This document shows, piece after piece, positions 36,608 to 46,982 of a DNA stretch of 47,010 nt (positions within the stretch are counted from its first letter, which is position 1; every line of letters starts with the position of its first letter). Under the pieces are notes generated by a model, which saw only the letters and a program-made list of their open reading frames with translations, had not been told where the DNA came from and did no database searches. Position numbers and translations under genes: made by a program. The DNA is taken from sequence record DRR378314_2323. One strand, written 5' to 3'.

Positions 36608-39600
36608 TCAGGACAGATTTTTAAGGAGATCCTGCGCTTCCGCTTTCTGCTCCTCGTTTCCTTCCAAGGCCACTTCCTCGAGGATATCCCTGGCTCCATC
36701 AACGTCGCCCATTTCCACGTAGGCCCTGGCGAGATCCAGTTTGGTCGACGCTTCATCGGTGCCCGTCAGGAAATCGAAGTCATCGTCGTCGCCAAGGTCG
36801 GCTTCGTCGATATCGCCCGCCCCGGAGCCAGCCCGGGAGGAGCTGGCGTCAGAGGCCACAGGCGGCTCTCCTGAGTCATCGTCCAGTGAATCGTCGGCGG
36901 ACGCGAGATCATCATCGCTAAGCTCGGGAAGCTCTTCTTCAACGTTCTCCACGCCGGCCACCGTCTGTTCCGGATCCTCGGGTTCTTCACCGGTCAGCGT
37001 ATCCTCAAGGCCAAGCTCTTCATCAAGAGTCTTCGCGTCATCATCCTGCTGACCAGTACTCTCTTCGGTACCCGCAGAATCGCCGGAGTCTGCAAACTCT
37101 TCCATCAGTGCAAGATCCTCGTCGGAAACATCCAGCTCAAGATCATCCAGTTCATTCTGATCTCCATCCGCTGGTGCTTCATCCTCGCCGGCAACTTTAT
37201 CCAACTCGGCATCCAGTTCGTCGAGGAACGATTCGTCCAGAGAGTCCAGGTCGCCTTCTTCAAGGTCATCCCCTTCCAGGTCGTCAGCGTCCGCCTTCTG
37301 ATCTGGAAGATCTTCCCCGTCGGCACCTGTCGTTTCCAGGTCGTCCTCATCAAGCTCCAACGAATCGAACTCGTTCGACTCTTCTGCCGTCTCGCTGCTC
37401 TCCGGTTCATCGCCGGCGAAATCAAGACTGAGTTCATCGTCGTCGGATTTCTCGGAGTCCTCGGTTGATTCGTCCTCAAGAGAGAAATCGAAAGCATCGT
37501 CAGTCAGCTCTTCGGTCTCAGCAGCAGCCGGCTCATCCTTATCGGAGGCGGTCTCAATACCAGAGAGATCATATTCAATCAGATCGTCCGGGCCCGGTTC
37601 CTTCTCGGAATCCTCAGCGTAGGCGTCTTCGGTCTCCTCCAGGTCCGAGAAATCCGTTTCCAGGCTGCCAAACTCGTCTTCAGTCTCTTCGCCCGCTGAC
37701 GCTTCATACCGGTCTGCCGCAAGCTCTTCGGACGCCGTGTCCTCGTCTGCGGGACCCGTGCCAAACGAGTCCGATCTGAGTTGCGACTCAAGATCGTCGA
37801 TGCTCGGCATTGATTCAGCCTCTTCGAGACGCACCCGCATCTCATGAGCTTCGGCGATCGCCTGATCGTCATCCAATGCCTCGACCTCTCCGAGTTGTTT
37901 CTCGAAGGAATCCCGGTCCTGGGTATCCGCGTACACACCCAGCAGCTTCAGACGCAAATCCGTGCGACTGGGCTCACGGGAAATCGCGGTCTCCAGGGAC
38001 TGTGCCGCCTGGTCCATGCGTCCGTAAGCAATGTAAGCGTCGGCCTCCGCGAGGGGATCACCTTCCGGCGCTTCGCTTCCGTCGTCATCGTCGAGCGTGA
38101 GATCGAAGGTATCGGTTTCTTCGTCTGTTTCGCTGTTCAGCTGATCGTAAAACGCTTTCTCGCGATTGGCATTGCGCCGCGCAAGCAACAGCAGGAGCAG
38201 CAACAGCACAACCAGGCCACCGCCCAGGGCAATCTGATACATCGGATTGTTGGTGACGGCGCTGATGATATTCTCAGGGAAGCCCTTGTCGGGTTCGGCT
38301 GGCGTTGTCGACTCGCTGGTGGCAGGCTGCTCAGGTGCCGGGGCGGCAACGTCCGCCTCCTGCTGATCAGCCTCTTCCTCAGCAGCCATTTCGGCTTCCA
38401 TATCGCCGGGTGCGACCTCTTCCTCCGCCATGCCAGCATCGTCATCCATCGCAGATGGGTCAGCTTGAGCCGCGTCGGTATCTTGAGCCGCGTCGTCAGC
38501 CTCCAGAGCTGCAGCCTCATCCAGATCGGTTGCGGCCATGTCATCCGATTCTTCGGCACCGGCCTGGCCATCCGTACCTTCAGCGGTCAACTCGGCGGCG
38601 TCAGCATCGGAAGACATTTCCGTTTCGCCCTGAGCGACCTGCTCAGACAGCGTTTCCTCACCTGGCGCATCCATGGCCTGGCCGCTATCGCCTTCTGCCT
38701 GCTGAATCTCGGCAAGCTGGGTATTTTTCAGTTCCAGCAGGCGCTGGAGCGTTTCCACCTGATCCTGAAGATCGTCAACGCGGCCGGTAAGCTCTTCATT
38801 TTCGCGTCGGGCACTCTCGAGCTCTTCCATGGCGACGGCAGAGCCGGCGTCCACTCCACCGGCGGTATCACCGTCACCACCCGCAGAACCGCCCTCTTCA
38901 GCGTCCCGCGTGCCGCTGTCTTCGCCGGCCAACAATCTGAGCTCGTCACCGCCAGCCTGTCCACCTTCGCTCTGTCCCGAGGCCACCTGGGTATCGGTCG
39001 CATCAACGGTGCGCTGTGGCGTAGAGAAGGCCTCGTTTTGAGCCGCCACCTGACGATTGGCCTCAGCACGGGACCGGCTGCGGATCTGCTCGATGTCCGG
39101 CACCCGCAGAACTTCACCGCGCTTAAGCCGGTTGATGTTGCCCGCAATGAACGCGTCGGGGTTCAGATCCTGGAGCGCCAGCATAACCTGCTGCATGGAT
39201 ACACTGCTGTCGGGACGAACGCTCTCGGCAATATTCCACAGGGTGTCCGACGGCCCGGTGGGTCCGAGGGTCCTGGCGCGCTGAGTTGTGGTGCGTCGGG
39301 GTTCCTGCGCGGTCGCCCGGCTTTGCTGTTGACGCGCTGGCTCGGAGGCCTGGCGGGTCGCCGGAGCGGCAATCTCTTCCTGCACTCCAGACTCCTCGGC
39401 GTAAACCGGAGGATCAACCAGTACAGCGTATTCCCGCATCAGCCGCCCGTTGGGCCACGTCACTTCCAGCAGGAAATTGAGGTAGGGCTCCCGTAACGGC
39501 TCCCGGGACGAAACGTTCACCACGAGACTGCCATCGCGGGCAGTGGTCACGCGGAAATCAAGTTTGGTAAGGAAATAGTTCCGGTCGATACCAACCCGTT

Positions 39601-39799
39601 CATAGGCCGAATCGGGGGCGATATTCACAAACACATCACCGGGGTCTACGCCCTCGCTTTTACGCAGACTGATATCTGCGTCCAGAGGCTCATTCAGATA
39701 GGACTGTAATTCAATCTCACCCAGACCCAGGGCCTGTGCGACGCCGGAACCGAGCCCTCCCGCCAGAGCCAGAGCAACCGCAAGCTTGCGTACCTTCAT
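36608..39799 (-). CDS. fimV: Polar landmark protein FimV/HubP
   Basis: Signal peptide, ALGLGEI..SYLNEPL, LysM-like DTLWNIA, NINRLKRG, TM helix, TPR segment, very acidic cytoplasmic region, C-terminal TKLDLARAYVEMGD. Confidence 0.96.
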   Translation of the reverse strand: MKVRKLAVALALAGGLGSGVAQALGLGEIELQSYLNEPLDADISLRKSEGVDPGDVFVNIAPDSAYERVGIDRNYFLTKLDFRVTTARDGSLVVNVSSREPLREPYLNFLLEVTWPNGRLMREYAVLVDPPVYAEESGVQEEIAAPATRQASEPARQQQSRATAQEPRRTTTQRARTLGPTGPSDTLWNIAESVRPDSSVSMQQVMLALQDLNPDAFIAGNINRLKRGEVLRVPDIEQIRSRSRAEANRQVAAQNEAFSTPQRTVDATDTQVASGQSEGGQAGGDELRLLAGEDSGTRDAEEGGSAGGDGDTAGGVDAGSAVAMEELESARRENEELTGRVDDLQDQVETLQRLLELKNTQLAEIQQAEGDSGQAMDAPGEETLSEQVAQGETEMSSDADAAELTAEGTDGQAGAEESDDMAATDLDEAAALEADDAAQDTDAAQADPSAMDDDAGMAEEEVAPGDMEAEMAAEEEADQQEADVAAPAPEQPATSESTTPAEPDKGFPENIISAVTNNPMYQIALGGGLVVLLLLLLLLARRNANREKAFYDQLNSETDEETDTFDLTLDDDDGSEAPEGDPLAEADAYIAYGRMDQAAQSLETAISREPSRTDLRLKLLGVYADTQDRDSFEKQLGEVEALDDDQAIAEAHEMRVRLEEAESMPSIDDLESQLRSDSFGTGPADEDTASEELAADRYEASAGEETEDEFGSLETDFSDLEETEDAYAEDSEKEPGPDDLIEYDLSGIETASDKDEPAAAETEELTDDAFDFSLEDESTEDSEKSDDDELSLDFAGDEPESSETAEESNEFDSLELDEDDLETTGADGEDLPDQKADADDLEGDDLEEGDLDSLDESFLDELDAELDKVAGEDEAPADGDQNELDDLELDVSDEDLALMEEFADSGDSAGTEESTGQQDDDAKTLDEELGLEDTLTGEEPEDPEQTVAGVENVEEELPELSDDDLASADDSLDDDSGEPPVASDASSSRAGSGAGDIDEADLGDDDDFDFLTGTDEASTKLDLARAYVEMGDVDGARDILEEVALEGNEEQKAEAQDLLKNLS

Positions 39800-40084
39800 G
39801 CTTTTTCCTTACCAGTCTCCGTTATTCGTTACTGCTCAATCGAACAGAATCGGACGAGGTTGGATGACTTCCGTCTTGATTACTATCGTTATTATGTAAT
39901 GTTTTTAATATTCAGTCCGGCAAGTATTGTTGATAACACCTCTTTTATCAATCAATCAGCCGCAGTCCTTGCACCATTTTTTCATAAATAGTGGGGAACA
40001 TATTGTTACCGAACGATGATCTGGTTCCCTCGATCAGCCAAAGTCTAGCCCACAAGAACCAAAACATGTACAAAAACGCTTCCG

Positions 40085-40125
40085 AAAATAACAGGGGCGG
40101 AGGCGTATTTCAGCCTCCGCCCCTG
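40085..40125 (-). terminator. Intrinsic terminator after asd
   Basis: 13-bp stem CAGGGGCGGAGGC / GCCTCCGCCCCTG, followed on the minus strand by TTATTTT. Confidence 0.85.
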
Positions 40126-40180
40126 ACCGGTTCTCTGAAACCGGACACAGTTGGCATAATCTTGCCCACTGTGGGACAGC

Positions 40181-41296
40181 TTATTGCTCCTGGAGAATGC
40201 GCAGCATTCGACGAAGCGGCTCCGCAGCGCCCCAGAGCAACTGATCACCCACGGTGAAAGCCGAGATATACTCGGGGCCCATGGTCAGTTTCCGGATGCG
40301 GCCAATCGGAACGCTCAGGGTTCCAGTGACCTTGGCCGGTGTGAGCTCCCGAAGTGTGGCATCCCGCTCGTTGGGAATAACCTTCACCCAGTCGTTCGCT
40401 TTCGCCAGAATAGACTCGATCTCGGAAACCGGCAGATCCTTCTTCAACTTGATGGTCAGGGCCTGACTGTGAGACCGCATGGCGCCGATACGAACGCAGA
40501 TACCATCGATCGGAATCGGGTTGCTGCTGCGGCCGAGAATCTTGTTGGTCTCGACGCCCGCTTTCCACTCTTCCTTGCTCATACCATTATCGAGTTGTTT
40601 GTCGATAAACGGAATCAGGCTGCCAGCCAGCGGCACTTCGAAGTGCTCCGTGGGGAAGCCATCCGAGCGCATGGTGTCGGTCACCTTTCGGTCGATATCA
40701 AGGATGGCCGAAGACGGGTCTGCCAGCTCACCACTCACGCTCCCCTTCAGCTCACCCATCTGGTTGAGCAGTTCGCGCATGTTCTGGGCACCGGAACCGG
40801 ATGCGGCCTGATAGGTCATGGGAGATACCCATTCAATCAGGTCCTGCTCCAACAGGCCGCCAAGGGCCAGCATCATCAAGCTGACGGTACAGTTGCCACC
40901 GACGTAGTCTTTAACGCCCTTCGCCAACGCATCGTCGATCACGTTGCGGTTGACCGGGTCGAGAACAATAACGGAATGATCGACCATCCGCAGCGTGGAA
41001 GCGGCGTCAATCCAGTACCCCTGCCATCCGGCATCACGCAGTTTCTGGTAAACGGCGCCCGTGTAATCCCCACCCTGGCAGGTCACGACGACATCCAGGG
41101 TCTTCAGGGTATCGATATCGAACGCATCCTGCAGCGCAGGCACACCCTCTTTGCCCACATCCGGCGCCGGTTTTCCGGCCTGGGAGGTGGTAAAGAAGAT
41201 CGGTTCGATATCTGCAAAATCGTTTTCTTCACGCATACGCTGCATGAGGACAGAGCCCACCATACCGCGCCAGCCAATAAGTCCAACTCGCTTCAT
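40181..41296 (-). CDS. asd: Aspartate-semialdehyde dehydrogenase
   Basis: [39 protein letters not shown]. Confidence 0.98.
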   Translation of the reverse strand: MKRVGLIGWRGMVGSVLMQRMREENDFADIEPIFFTTSQAGKPAPDVGKEGVPALQDAFDIDTLKTLDVVVTCQGGDYTGAVYQKLRDAGWQGYWIDAASTLRMVDHSVIVLDPVNRNVIDDALAKGVKDYVGGNCTVSLMMLALGGLLEQDLIEWVSPMTYQAASGSGAQNMRELLNQMGELKGSVSGELADPSSAILDIDRKVTDTMRSDGFPTEHFEVPLAGSLIPFIDKQLDNGMSKEEWKAGVETNKILGRSSNPIPIDGICVRIGAMRSHSQALTIKLKKDLPVSEIESILAKANDWVKVIPNERDATLRELTPAKVTGTLSVPIGRIRKLTMGPEYISAFTVGDQLLWGAAEPLRRMLRILQEQ

Positions 41297-41414
41297 GTGC
41301 GACCTTTGAACCTCGTTTTATGCCCGCCCTCTACCTGTATCGCTGGCAGGGACAGGATGGATGATCCCGCGACAACCGCATCGCGTTGTCGTCGGGTCTC
41401 AAAATTTGCCGGCC

Positions 41415-42488
41415 TCAGAGTGCCGCCAGTACCGCATCGCCCATCTCGCGGGTCGATATTTTCCGGCCTTCCGCAGACATTATGTCTGCAGTTCTCAGCC
41501 CCTGATCCAGCACTTTGCTGACCGCCGCCTCAATGGCCTCGGCAGCCTTTTCCTCACCGAGGCTGTAGCGCAGCATCATCGCGCCGCTGAGGATGGTGGC
41601 CAGCGGATTGGCTATACCCTTGCCTGCAATGTCGGGTGCAGACCCGTGACAGGGCTCGTACATGCCCTGCTTCTCGGAGTTCAGAGAGGCTGAAGGCAAC
41701 ATCCCGATCGACCCCGTCAGCATAGCCGCTTCGTCAGAAAGAATATCACCAAACATGTTGCCAGTCACAATCACATCAAATTGCTTGGGCGCCCGAACCA
41801 GCTGCATCGCGGCGTTATCCACGTACATATGGGAGAGTTCGACATCGGGGTATTCCCGGCGCAGATCCTCCATGATTTCCCGCCATAGAACAGTCACTTC
41901 CAATACATTCGCCTTGTCGACTGAACAGAGCTTCTTGCCACGCTGCTGAGCCGCTTCAAAGGCGACACGACCGATACGACGAATTTCCGATTCCGTGTAA
42001 GCGTAAGTGTTGTAGCCCTGCCGCTCACCGCTTTCCAATTCACGTACGCCCCGGGGCTGACCAAAATAGATCCCCCCCGTCAGTTCGCGGACAATCATGA
42101 TGTCCAGGCCAGACACCACCTCCGGTTTCAGGGAAGACGCCGACGCCAGTTGAGGATACAGGATCGCCGGACGCAAGTTGGCGAACAGCTCGAGATTGGA
42201 ACGCAGGCCAAGCAGACCTTTCTCCGGGCGAGTAGCCATTGGGCGCTTGTCCCATTTCGGACCACCCACGGCTCCCAGCAGGATCGCGTCCGCTTTGCGG
42301 GCCTTGTCCAGGGTGTCGTCCGGAAGCGGTGTGTCGGTCTCATCGATGGCCGCACCGCCCACCAGGGCGGATTGAAAGTGTAGCTGCAAGCCAAACTGGT
42401 CGTTTATCTTGTGCAGGACCTTTTCTGCTTCAGCAACGATCTCCGGGCCGATGCCGTCGCCCGGAAGCATGAGGATAGATCGGGACAT
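41415..42488 (-). CDS. leuB: 3-isopropylmalate dehydrogenase
   Basis: [49 protein letters not shown]. Confidence 0.99.
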   Translation of the reverse strand: MSRSILMLPGDGIGPEIVAEAEKVLHKINDQFGLQLHFQSALVGGAAIDETDTPLPDDTLDKARKADAILLGAVGGPKWDKRPMATRPEKGLLGLRSNLELFANLRPAILYPQLASASSLKPEVVSGLDIMIVRELTGGIYFGQPRGVRELESGERQGYNTYAYTESEIRRIGRVAFEAAQQRGKKLCSVDKANVLEVTVLWREIMEDLRREYPDVELSHMYVDNAAMQLVRAPKQFDVIVTGNMFGDILSDEAAMLTGSIGMLPSASLNSEKQGMYEPCHGSAPDIAGKGIANPLATILSGAMMLRYSLGEEKAAEAIEAAVSKVLDQGLRTADIMSAEGRKISTREMGDAVLAAL

Positions 42489-42521
42489 AATATTTCCTTG
42501 TTGGTTTAAACCTGAATTATC

Positions 42522-43169
42522 TCAACCGCCTGCGCCAAACAACCAAGGCGCCGTCTGACGTCGAGACGCTTCATAGGCCTTGATAGCCTCCGCATCCTCA
42601 AGCGTGACACCAATGTCGTCCAGGCCATTCAACAGGCAATGCCGACGAAAATCGTCCACCTCAAAACTGAAGGATTCGCCAGACGGGGTGGTCACGGTTT
42701 TCGCTTCGAGGTCTATGGCCAGTTTATAGCCCTCTTCAGCCTCAGTTTCCCGGAACAGTTGGTCGACGATTTTTTCATCTAAAACAATAGGCAACAAGCC
42801 ATTCTTAAAGCAGTTATTGTAGAAAATATCGGCAAAACTGGGCGCAATAATAACGTGGAACCCAAAATCCTCAAGCGCCCACGGTGCGTGCTCGCGGCTT
42901 GAGCCACAGCCAAAGTTGCGCCGCGCCAGCAATACACTGGCCCTTTTATACCGGTCCTGGTTGAGCATGAAATCCGGATTGATGGGTCGCTGCGAACAAT
43001 CCTGATCCGGCTTGCCTTCGTCCAGGTAACGCACTTCGTCGAACAGGTTTGGCCCAAAGCCGGTGCGCTTGATGGACTTCAGAAATTGCTTGGGAATGAT
43101 CATGTCCGTATCCACATTGGATCGGTCCATGGGGGCAACGATGCCCTTGTGTTGCTTTAACGCTCGCAT
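42522..43169 (-). CDS. leuD: 3-isopropylmalate dehydratase small subunit
   Basis: [29 protein letters not shown]. Confidence 0.99.
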   Translation of the reverse strand: MRALKQHKGIVAPMDRSNVDTDMIIPKQFLKSIKRTGFGPNLFDEVRYLDEGKPDQDCSQRPINPDFMLNQDRYKRASVLLARRNFGCGSSREHAPWALEDFGFHVIIAPSFADIFYNNCFKNGLLPIVLDEKIVDQLFRETEAEEGYKLAIDLEAKTVTTPSGESFSFEVDDFRRHCLLNGLDDIGVTLEDAEAIKAYEASRRQTAPWLFGAGG

Positions 43170-43186
43170 GGTGTGTCTCCTGTGGA

Positions 43187-44605
43187 TCAGTTCATCATCT
43201 CGCGGACATCAACGAAATGACCGTTGATTGCCGCTGCTGCTGCCATCGCCGGGCTGACAAGATGCGTACGCCCGCCGAATCCCTGTCGGCCCTCGAAGTT
43301 GCGATTGGAGGTGGAGGCACAGTGCTCTCCCTGACCCAACTTGTCGGCATTCATCGCCAGACACATGGAGCAACCCGGGTCACGCCACTCAAGGCCGGCT
43401 TCCAAAAAGATCTTGTCCAGCCCTTCTTGCTCCGCCTGCACTTTCACCAGACCGGAACCAGGGACCACCATCGCCTGCTTGAGCGATGACGACACTTTTC
43501 GACCTTTCACCACCGCAGCAGCTTCACGAAGGTCCTCAATGCGGCTATTGGTGCACGACCCGATAAACACCCGGTCCAGCTTGATATCCGTAATCGGCAT
43601 GTTCGGCTGAAGACCCATGTACTTCAGCGCGCGGACTATGCCCTCCCGCTTGATGGGGTCGGCTTCCGCTTCCGGGTCCGGCACATTGCCGCCAACGCCA
43701 GCGACCATCTCTGGAGAGGTCCCCCAGCTTACCTGCGGCATGATCTCGGAACCCTCAAGCTCAACCACCTTATCGAACACTGCGTCATCATCGCTGTGCA
43801 GCGTTTTCCAGTACTCAATCGCCTGATCGCGCATCTCACCCTTGGGGGCAAACGGGCGGTCCTTCACATAATCGATGGTGGTCTGATCGACGGCCACCAT
43901 ACCTACCCGCGCACCAGCTTCAATCGACATGTTGCAGATGGTCATCCGGGCTTCCATGGAGAGACCGCGAATCGCTTCACCACCAAACTCGATGGCACAG
44001 CCCGTGCCGCCCGCGGTGCCAATCTTGCCGATGATGGCAAGGACAACGTCTTTACCGGTCACACCCGGCCCGAGCTTGCCATTCACCTTTACCAGCATGT
44101 TTTTCATCTTCTGCTGAACGAGGCACTGGGTGGCCAGCACGTGCTCCACCTCGGACGTTCCGATACCGTGAGCCAGACAGCCAAACGCACCGTGGGTGGA
44201 GGTATGGGAGTCGCCACAGACGATGCTCATTCCGGGCAATGTCGCTCCCTGCTCCGGCCCGATCACGTGGACAATGCCCTGGCGCTGATCCTTGATCTTG
44301 AACTCGAGGATGCCGAACTCGTCGCAGTTTTTGTCCAGGGTTTCCACCTGAATCCGGGAAACCGGGTCAACGATGCCCTCTATGCCTCGTGCACGATCTG
44401 TGGTGGGTACGTTGTGGTCCGGTGTCGCCAGGTTGGCGTCCAGCCGCCAGGGCTTGCGCCCGGCCAGGCGAAGGCCTTCAAAAGCCTGCGGCGAGGTGAC
44501 TTCGTGCAGCAGGTGCCGGTCGATGTAGATCAATGCAGAGCCGTCATCCCGCTGCTTGACGAGATGGTCGTCCCACAATTTGTCGTATAAGGTCTTGCCC
44601 GCCAT
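43187..44605 (-). CDS. leuC: 3-isopropylmalate dehydratase large subunit
   Basis: MAGKTLYDK (ATG 44605), [36 protein letters not shown]. Confidence 0.99.
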   Translation of the reverse strand: MAGKTLYDKLWDDHLVKQRDDGSALIYIDRHLLHEVTSPQAFEGLRLAGRKPWRLDANLATPDHNVPTTDRARGIEGIVDPVSRIQVETLDKNCDEFGILEFKIKDQRQGIVHVIGPEQGATLPGMSIVCGDSHTSTHGAFGCLAHGIGTSEVEHVLATQCLVQQKMKNMLVKVNGKLGPGVTGKDVVLAIIGKIGTAGGTGCAIEFGGEAIRGLSMEARMTICNMSIEAGARVGMVAVDQTTIDYVKDRPFAPKGEMRDQAIEYWKTLHSDDDAVFDKVVELEGSEIMPQVSWGTSPEMVAGVGGNVPDPEAEADPIKREGIVRALKYMGLQPNMPITDIKLDRVFIGSCTNSRIEDLREAAAVVKGRKVSSSLKQAMVVPGSGLVKVQAEQEGLDKIFLEAGLEWRDPGCSMCLAMNADKLGQGEHCASTSNRNFEGRQGFGGRTHLVSPAMAAAAAINGHFVDVREMMN

Positions 44606-44665
44606 GTTCTCTCTCACTCTCTGGGGATGTCTGTTTTTCGGTATGGTTCTATCTTAACGCCTGGC

Positions 44666-44715
44666 CATGAATAACCGCAATTCATGTTTTTTATGTTGTG
44701 CATTCCAATATTGCA
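44666..44715. promoter_or_regulatory. Candidate LysR-binding region between leuC and the divergent LysR gene
   Basis: Inverted repeat CATGAAT-N7-ATTCATG (44666-44686, containing T-N11-A) and a second AT-rich dyad TGCA-TTCCAATAT-TGCA (44699-44715). Confidence 0.55.
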
Positions 44716-44785
44716 TATTAGGCTTCGGGGAGGTCTCCCCGGCATGGGACCTTCTCCAAAACACGTAGCTAAAGAGGCAAACACC

Positions 44786-45652
44786 GTGGACGCAAATGCG
44801 CTGAAAGCATTCCTGACAATCGTGGACCAGGCGTCGTTCTCGGAAGCCGCAGAACGGCTACACCTGACTCAGCCAGCAATCAGCAAACGACTGGCAGCTC
44901 TGGAAAACCAGTTGGGAACGAAGTTGATCGATCGGAGTAACAGACAGGTTCGTTTAACGGACGCAGGGGCACGCCTGCTGCCTCATGCCCGGCGAATTCT
45001 CGACGAGGTACACAATGCCCGACAGGCACTGTCGGACCGCGAGGGATCGGTTTCAGGACAACTGTCGGTGATTGCCAGCCACCACATTGGATTGCATCAC
45101 CTCCCTGCCTGGTTACGGCGGATGAACCGGGATTATCCGGAGGTGTCGCTGGAACTGCAGTTCATGGATTCTGAAAGCGCCTTCGGGCAGATGCGAAAAC
45201 GCACCGCCGAACTGGCTTTCGTAACGCTCAGTGAAAGCATGGACCAGGCATTCGATGTGCACGTACGTTGGGAGGACGCCATGGCGTTTGTGGTGTCGCC
45301 AGAGCATCCGCTGGCGTTGCTGGAGAACCCGGGGCTAGAGGATCTTTCCCGCTATGATGCCCTGCTCCCCGAAGCCGGCACCGCCACCTATCGATCCATC
45401 AGCCGACTGTTTCTCGACGCCAGCCTACCCTTGAAAATCCAGATGCCAACCAATTACCTGGAAACCATCAAAATGATGGCCAGCGTCGGGCTTGGCTGGA
45501 GCGTACTACCGGTGAGCATGGTGGATAACTCACTGACGGTGCTTTCCGTGCCCCACTCCGTAAGCCGTATCCTCGGTGGCGTTGGCCTGAAAGGCCGGTC
45601 ACTGAGCCCTCAGGCCAGGGCGTTGCTGACGATTGCATCCGAGCTGCAATAG
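44786..45652 (+). CDS. LysR-family transcriptional regulator divergent from leuCD
   Basis: HTH SFSEAAERLHLTQPAISKRLAALE plus a substrate-binding domain. GTG 44786 with GAGG RBS. Confidence 0.95.
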   Translation: MDANALKAFLTIVDQASFSEAAERLHLTQPAISKRLAALENQLGTKLIDRSNRQVRLTDAGARLLPHARRILDEVHNARQALSDREGSVSGQLSVIASHHIGLHHLPAWLRRMNRDYPEVSLELQFMDSESAFGQMRKRTAELAFVTLSESMDQAFDVHVRWEDAMAFVVSPEHPLALLENPGLEDLSRYDALLPEAGTATYRSISRLFLDASLPLKIQMPTNYLETIKMMASVGLGWSVLPVSMVDNSLTVLSVPHSVSRILGGVGLKGRSLSPQARALLTIASELQ

Positions 45653-45658
45653 CGCTGG

Positions 45659-46822
45659 TCAATGCGCCGGCGGAGGCCTCAGCCCCCGCCAAGTGATCAC
45701 GATGGCGATGGCCATGGCCGCCGCACCGCCCCAAAAGGCGGCAGACGTACTGAAACCATCCACCAGAAAGCCCGACAACCACGCGCCAAGGGCACCACCG
45801 GCCCCAAACGTCAGACCGCTGTACAGCGCCTGCCCCTGACCGTGATGATGCTGCCCGAAAAAACCCTGGATATACTGCACGGAAATCGCATGCAGTGCGC
45901 CGTATGAGGCGGCGTGCAGCAACTGCGCGAAAATCAGCACCGCCACCACATCCGTCACTTCCGCAATCAGCACCCAGCGGATCATCGTGAGCGTCAGCGC
46001 CGCAATCGCAATCTGCCGCACGCTGAAATTCCGCGTCAGCCGATGCATCACCAGAAACAACCCAATCTCCGCCAGCACCCCGAGCGACCACAGCAACCCA
46101 ATCGCGAGCTTTCCGTATCCATGCTGCTCCAGATGAATACTGAAAAACGTGTAGTACGCCCCGTGAGACACCTGCAGCAGGAAGTTCATCAGGAAAAACG
46201 TCACCACCGCCGGGTGCGTTACAATCGCCTTGAGACTGCCTTTTGGCGCCGGCGGCTTACGCTCACCCCGCTCCGAAGGCACCAGAAACGCCGACACCGC
46301 GATTCCCGCAAACACCGGCAACAAAAGCCACGGCAGCAGAGTGATCGGGATCAACTCCAGAATCCCGCCCACCAGCGCCACCGCGCCAATAAACCCCACC
46401 GAGCCCCACAGCCGCACCTTGCCGTATTTTTCACGCTGCTCTCCCAGAGACCGCAGAGTGATCACTTCATAAAGCGGCAAAATCGCGTTCCAGAAGAACG
46501 TAAACGCCAGCATGACCAGCAACAGCCCATAGAACCCCGGCTCCATGAACACGCCGGCGAAGAACAGCGACCCCGTGATGGCACCAAATCGAACCAACCG
46601 AACCCGTTGGCCGGTCCGATCTCCGAGCCATCCCCACACACTGGGGGCCACAATCTTGGTTAATTGAATCGTCGCCATCAGCGTGGCGATCTCAAGGTAG
46701 GAAAAGCCCCGGCCTTCCAGATACAGGGACCAATACGGCAGCAAACCGCCGAGGAGAGCGAAAAACCAGAAGTAGAGGTTTGAAAGGCGCCAGTAGATAG
46801 GAACTCTCCAATGATCTATCAC
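45659..46822 (-). CDS. MFS transporter (HcaT/MFS_1-like)
   Basis: About 12 hydrophobic segments, WGWLGDRTG, YGKVRLWGSVGF, AQLLHAASYG, GQALY. Start uncertain; GTG 46822 chosen. Confidence 0.88.
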   Translation of the reverse strand: MIDHWRVPIYWRLSNLYFWFFALLGGLLPYWSLYLEGRGFSYLEIATLMATIQLTKIVAPSVWGWLGDRTGQRVRLVRFGAITGSLFFAGVFMEPGFYGLLLVMLAFTFFWNAILPLYEVITLRSLGEQREKYGKVRLWGSVGFIGAVALVGGILELIPITLLPWLLLPVFAGIAVSAFLVPSERGERKPPAPKGSLKAIVTHPAVVTFFLMNFLLQVSHGAYYTFFSIHLEQHGYGKLAIGLLWSLGVLAEIGLFLVMHRLTRNFSVRQIAIAALTLTMIRWVLIAEVTDVVAVLIFAQLLHAASYGALHAISVQYIQGFFGQHHHGQGQALYSGLTFGAGGALGAWLSGFLVDGFSTSAAFWGGAAAMAIAIVITWRGLRPPPAH

Positions 46823-46833
46823 AGAAGACCGAC

Positions 46834-46942
46834 CGCCGCGGCAAGCAGGGCCTCTCAAAACCGTGGAGGGCCAGGGATGGCCCGACCGAGCCTACATGGA
46901 CGTACTTGCGGCGTGTTTTGAGAGGCCCTGCTTGCTGTGGCG
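46834..46942. repeat. ~110-bp structured inverted-repeat element (REP/MITE-like)
   Basis: Perfect 21-bp arms GCAAGCAGGGCCTCTCAAAAC (46841-46861) and GTTTTGAGAGGCCCTGCTTGC (46915-46935), extendable by 7 bp with G-U pairs. Two internal hairpins. Confidence 0.85.
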
Positions 46943-46982
46943 TGCACCGTATTATCAGTCGAGTTGGGACGGTCTGATAAAT

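Noticed and set aside
36700..38700. Repetitive-looking TCGTC/TCTTC-rich DNA
   Set aside because: This is the Asp/Glu-rich FimV coding sequence. There are no regular repeat-spacer units, so it is not a CRISPR or tandem array.
37844..39496. 550-aa plus-strand ORF antisense to fimV
   Set aside because: Shadow ORF expected from biased codon usage in a GC-rich, low-complexity acidic gene. No recognisable motifs.
39930..39951. FNR/Anr site upstream of fimV
   Set aside because: TTGAT and ATCAA are 12 nt apart rather than the required 4. Kept only as an unassigned dyad.
41327..41398. Hairpins and GGA repeats between leuB and asd as an sRNA or riboswitch
   Set aside because: The stems are imperfect (CGACAAC/GTTGTCG), there is no U-tract, the GGA motifs are antisense to the operon, and I see no aptamer consensus. 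Probably an mRNA stability hairpin.
40184..41521. 445-aa ORF antisense to asd, and similar ORFs opposite serS, ftsK, purF, accD and leuC
   Set aside because: Codon-aligned antisense frames are commonly open opposite conserved GC-rich genes. No domain evidence.
44654..44716. Short minus-strand ORF upstream of leuC as a leucine attenuator peptide (MQYWNAQHKKHELRLFMARR)
   Set aside because: No run of Leu codons and no downstream terminator/antiterminator structure.
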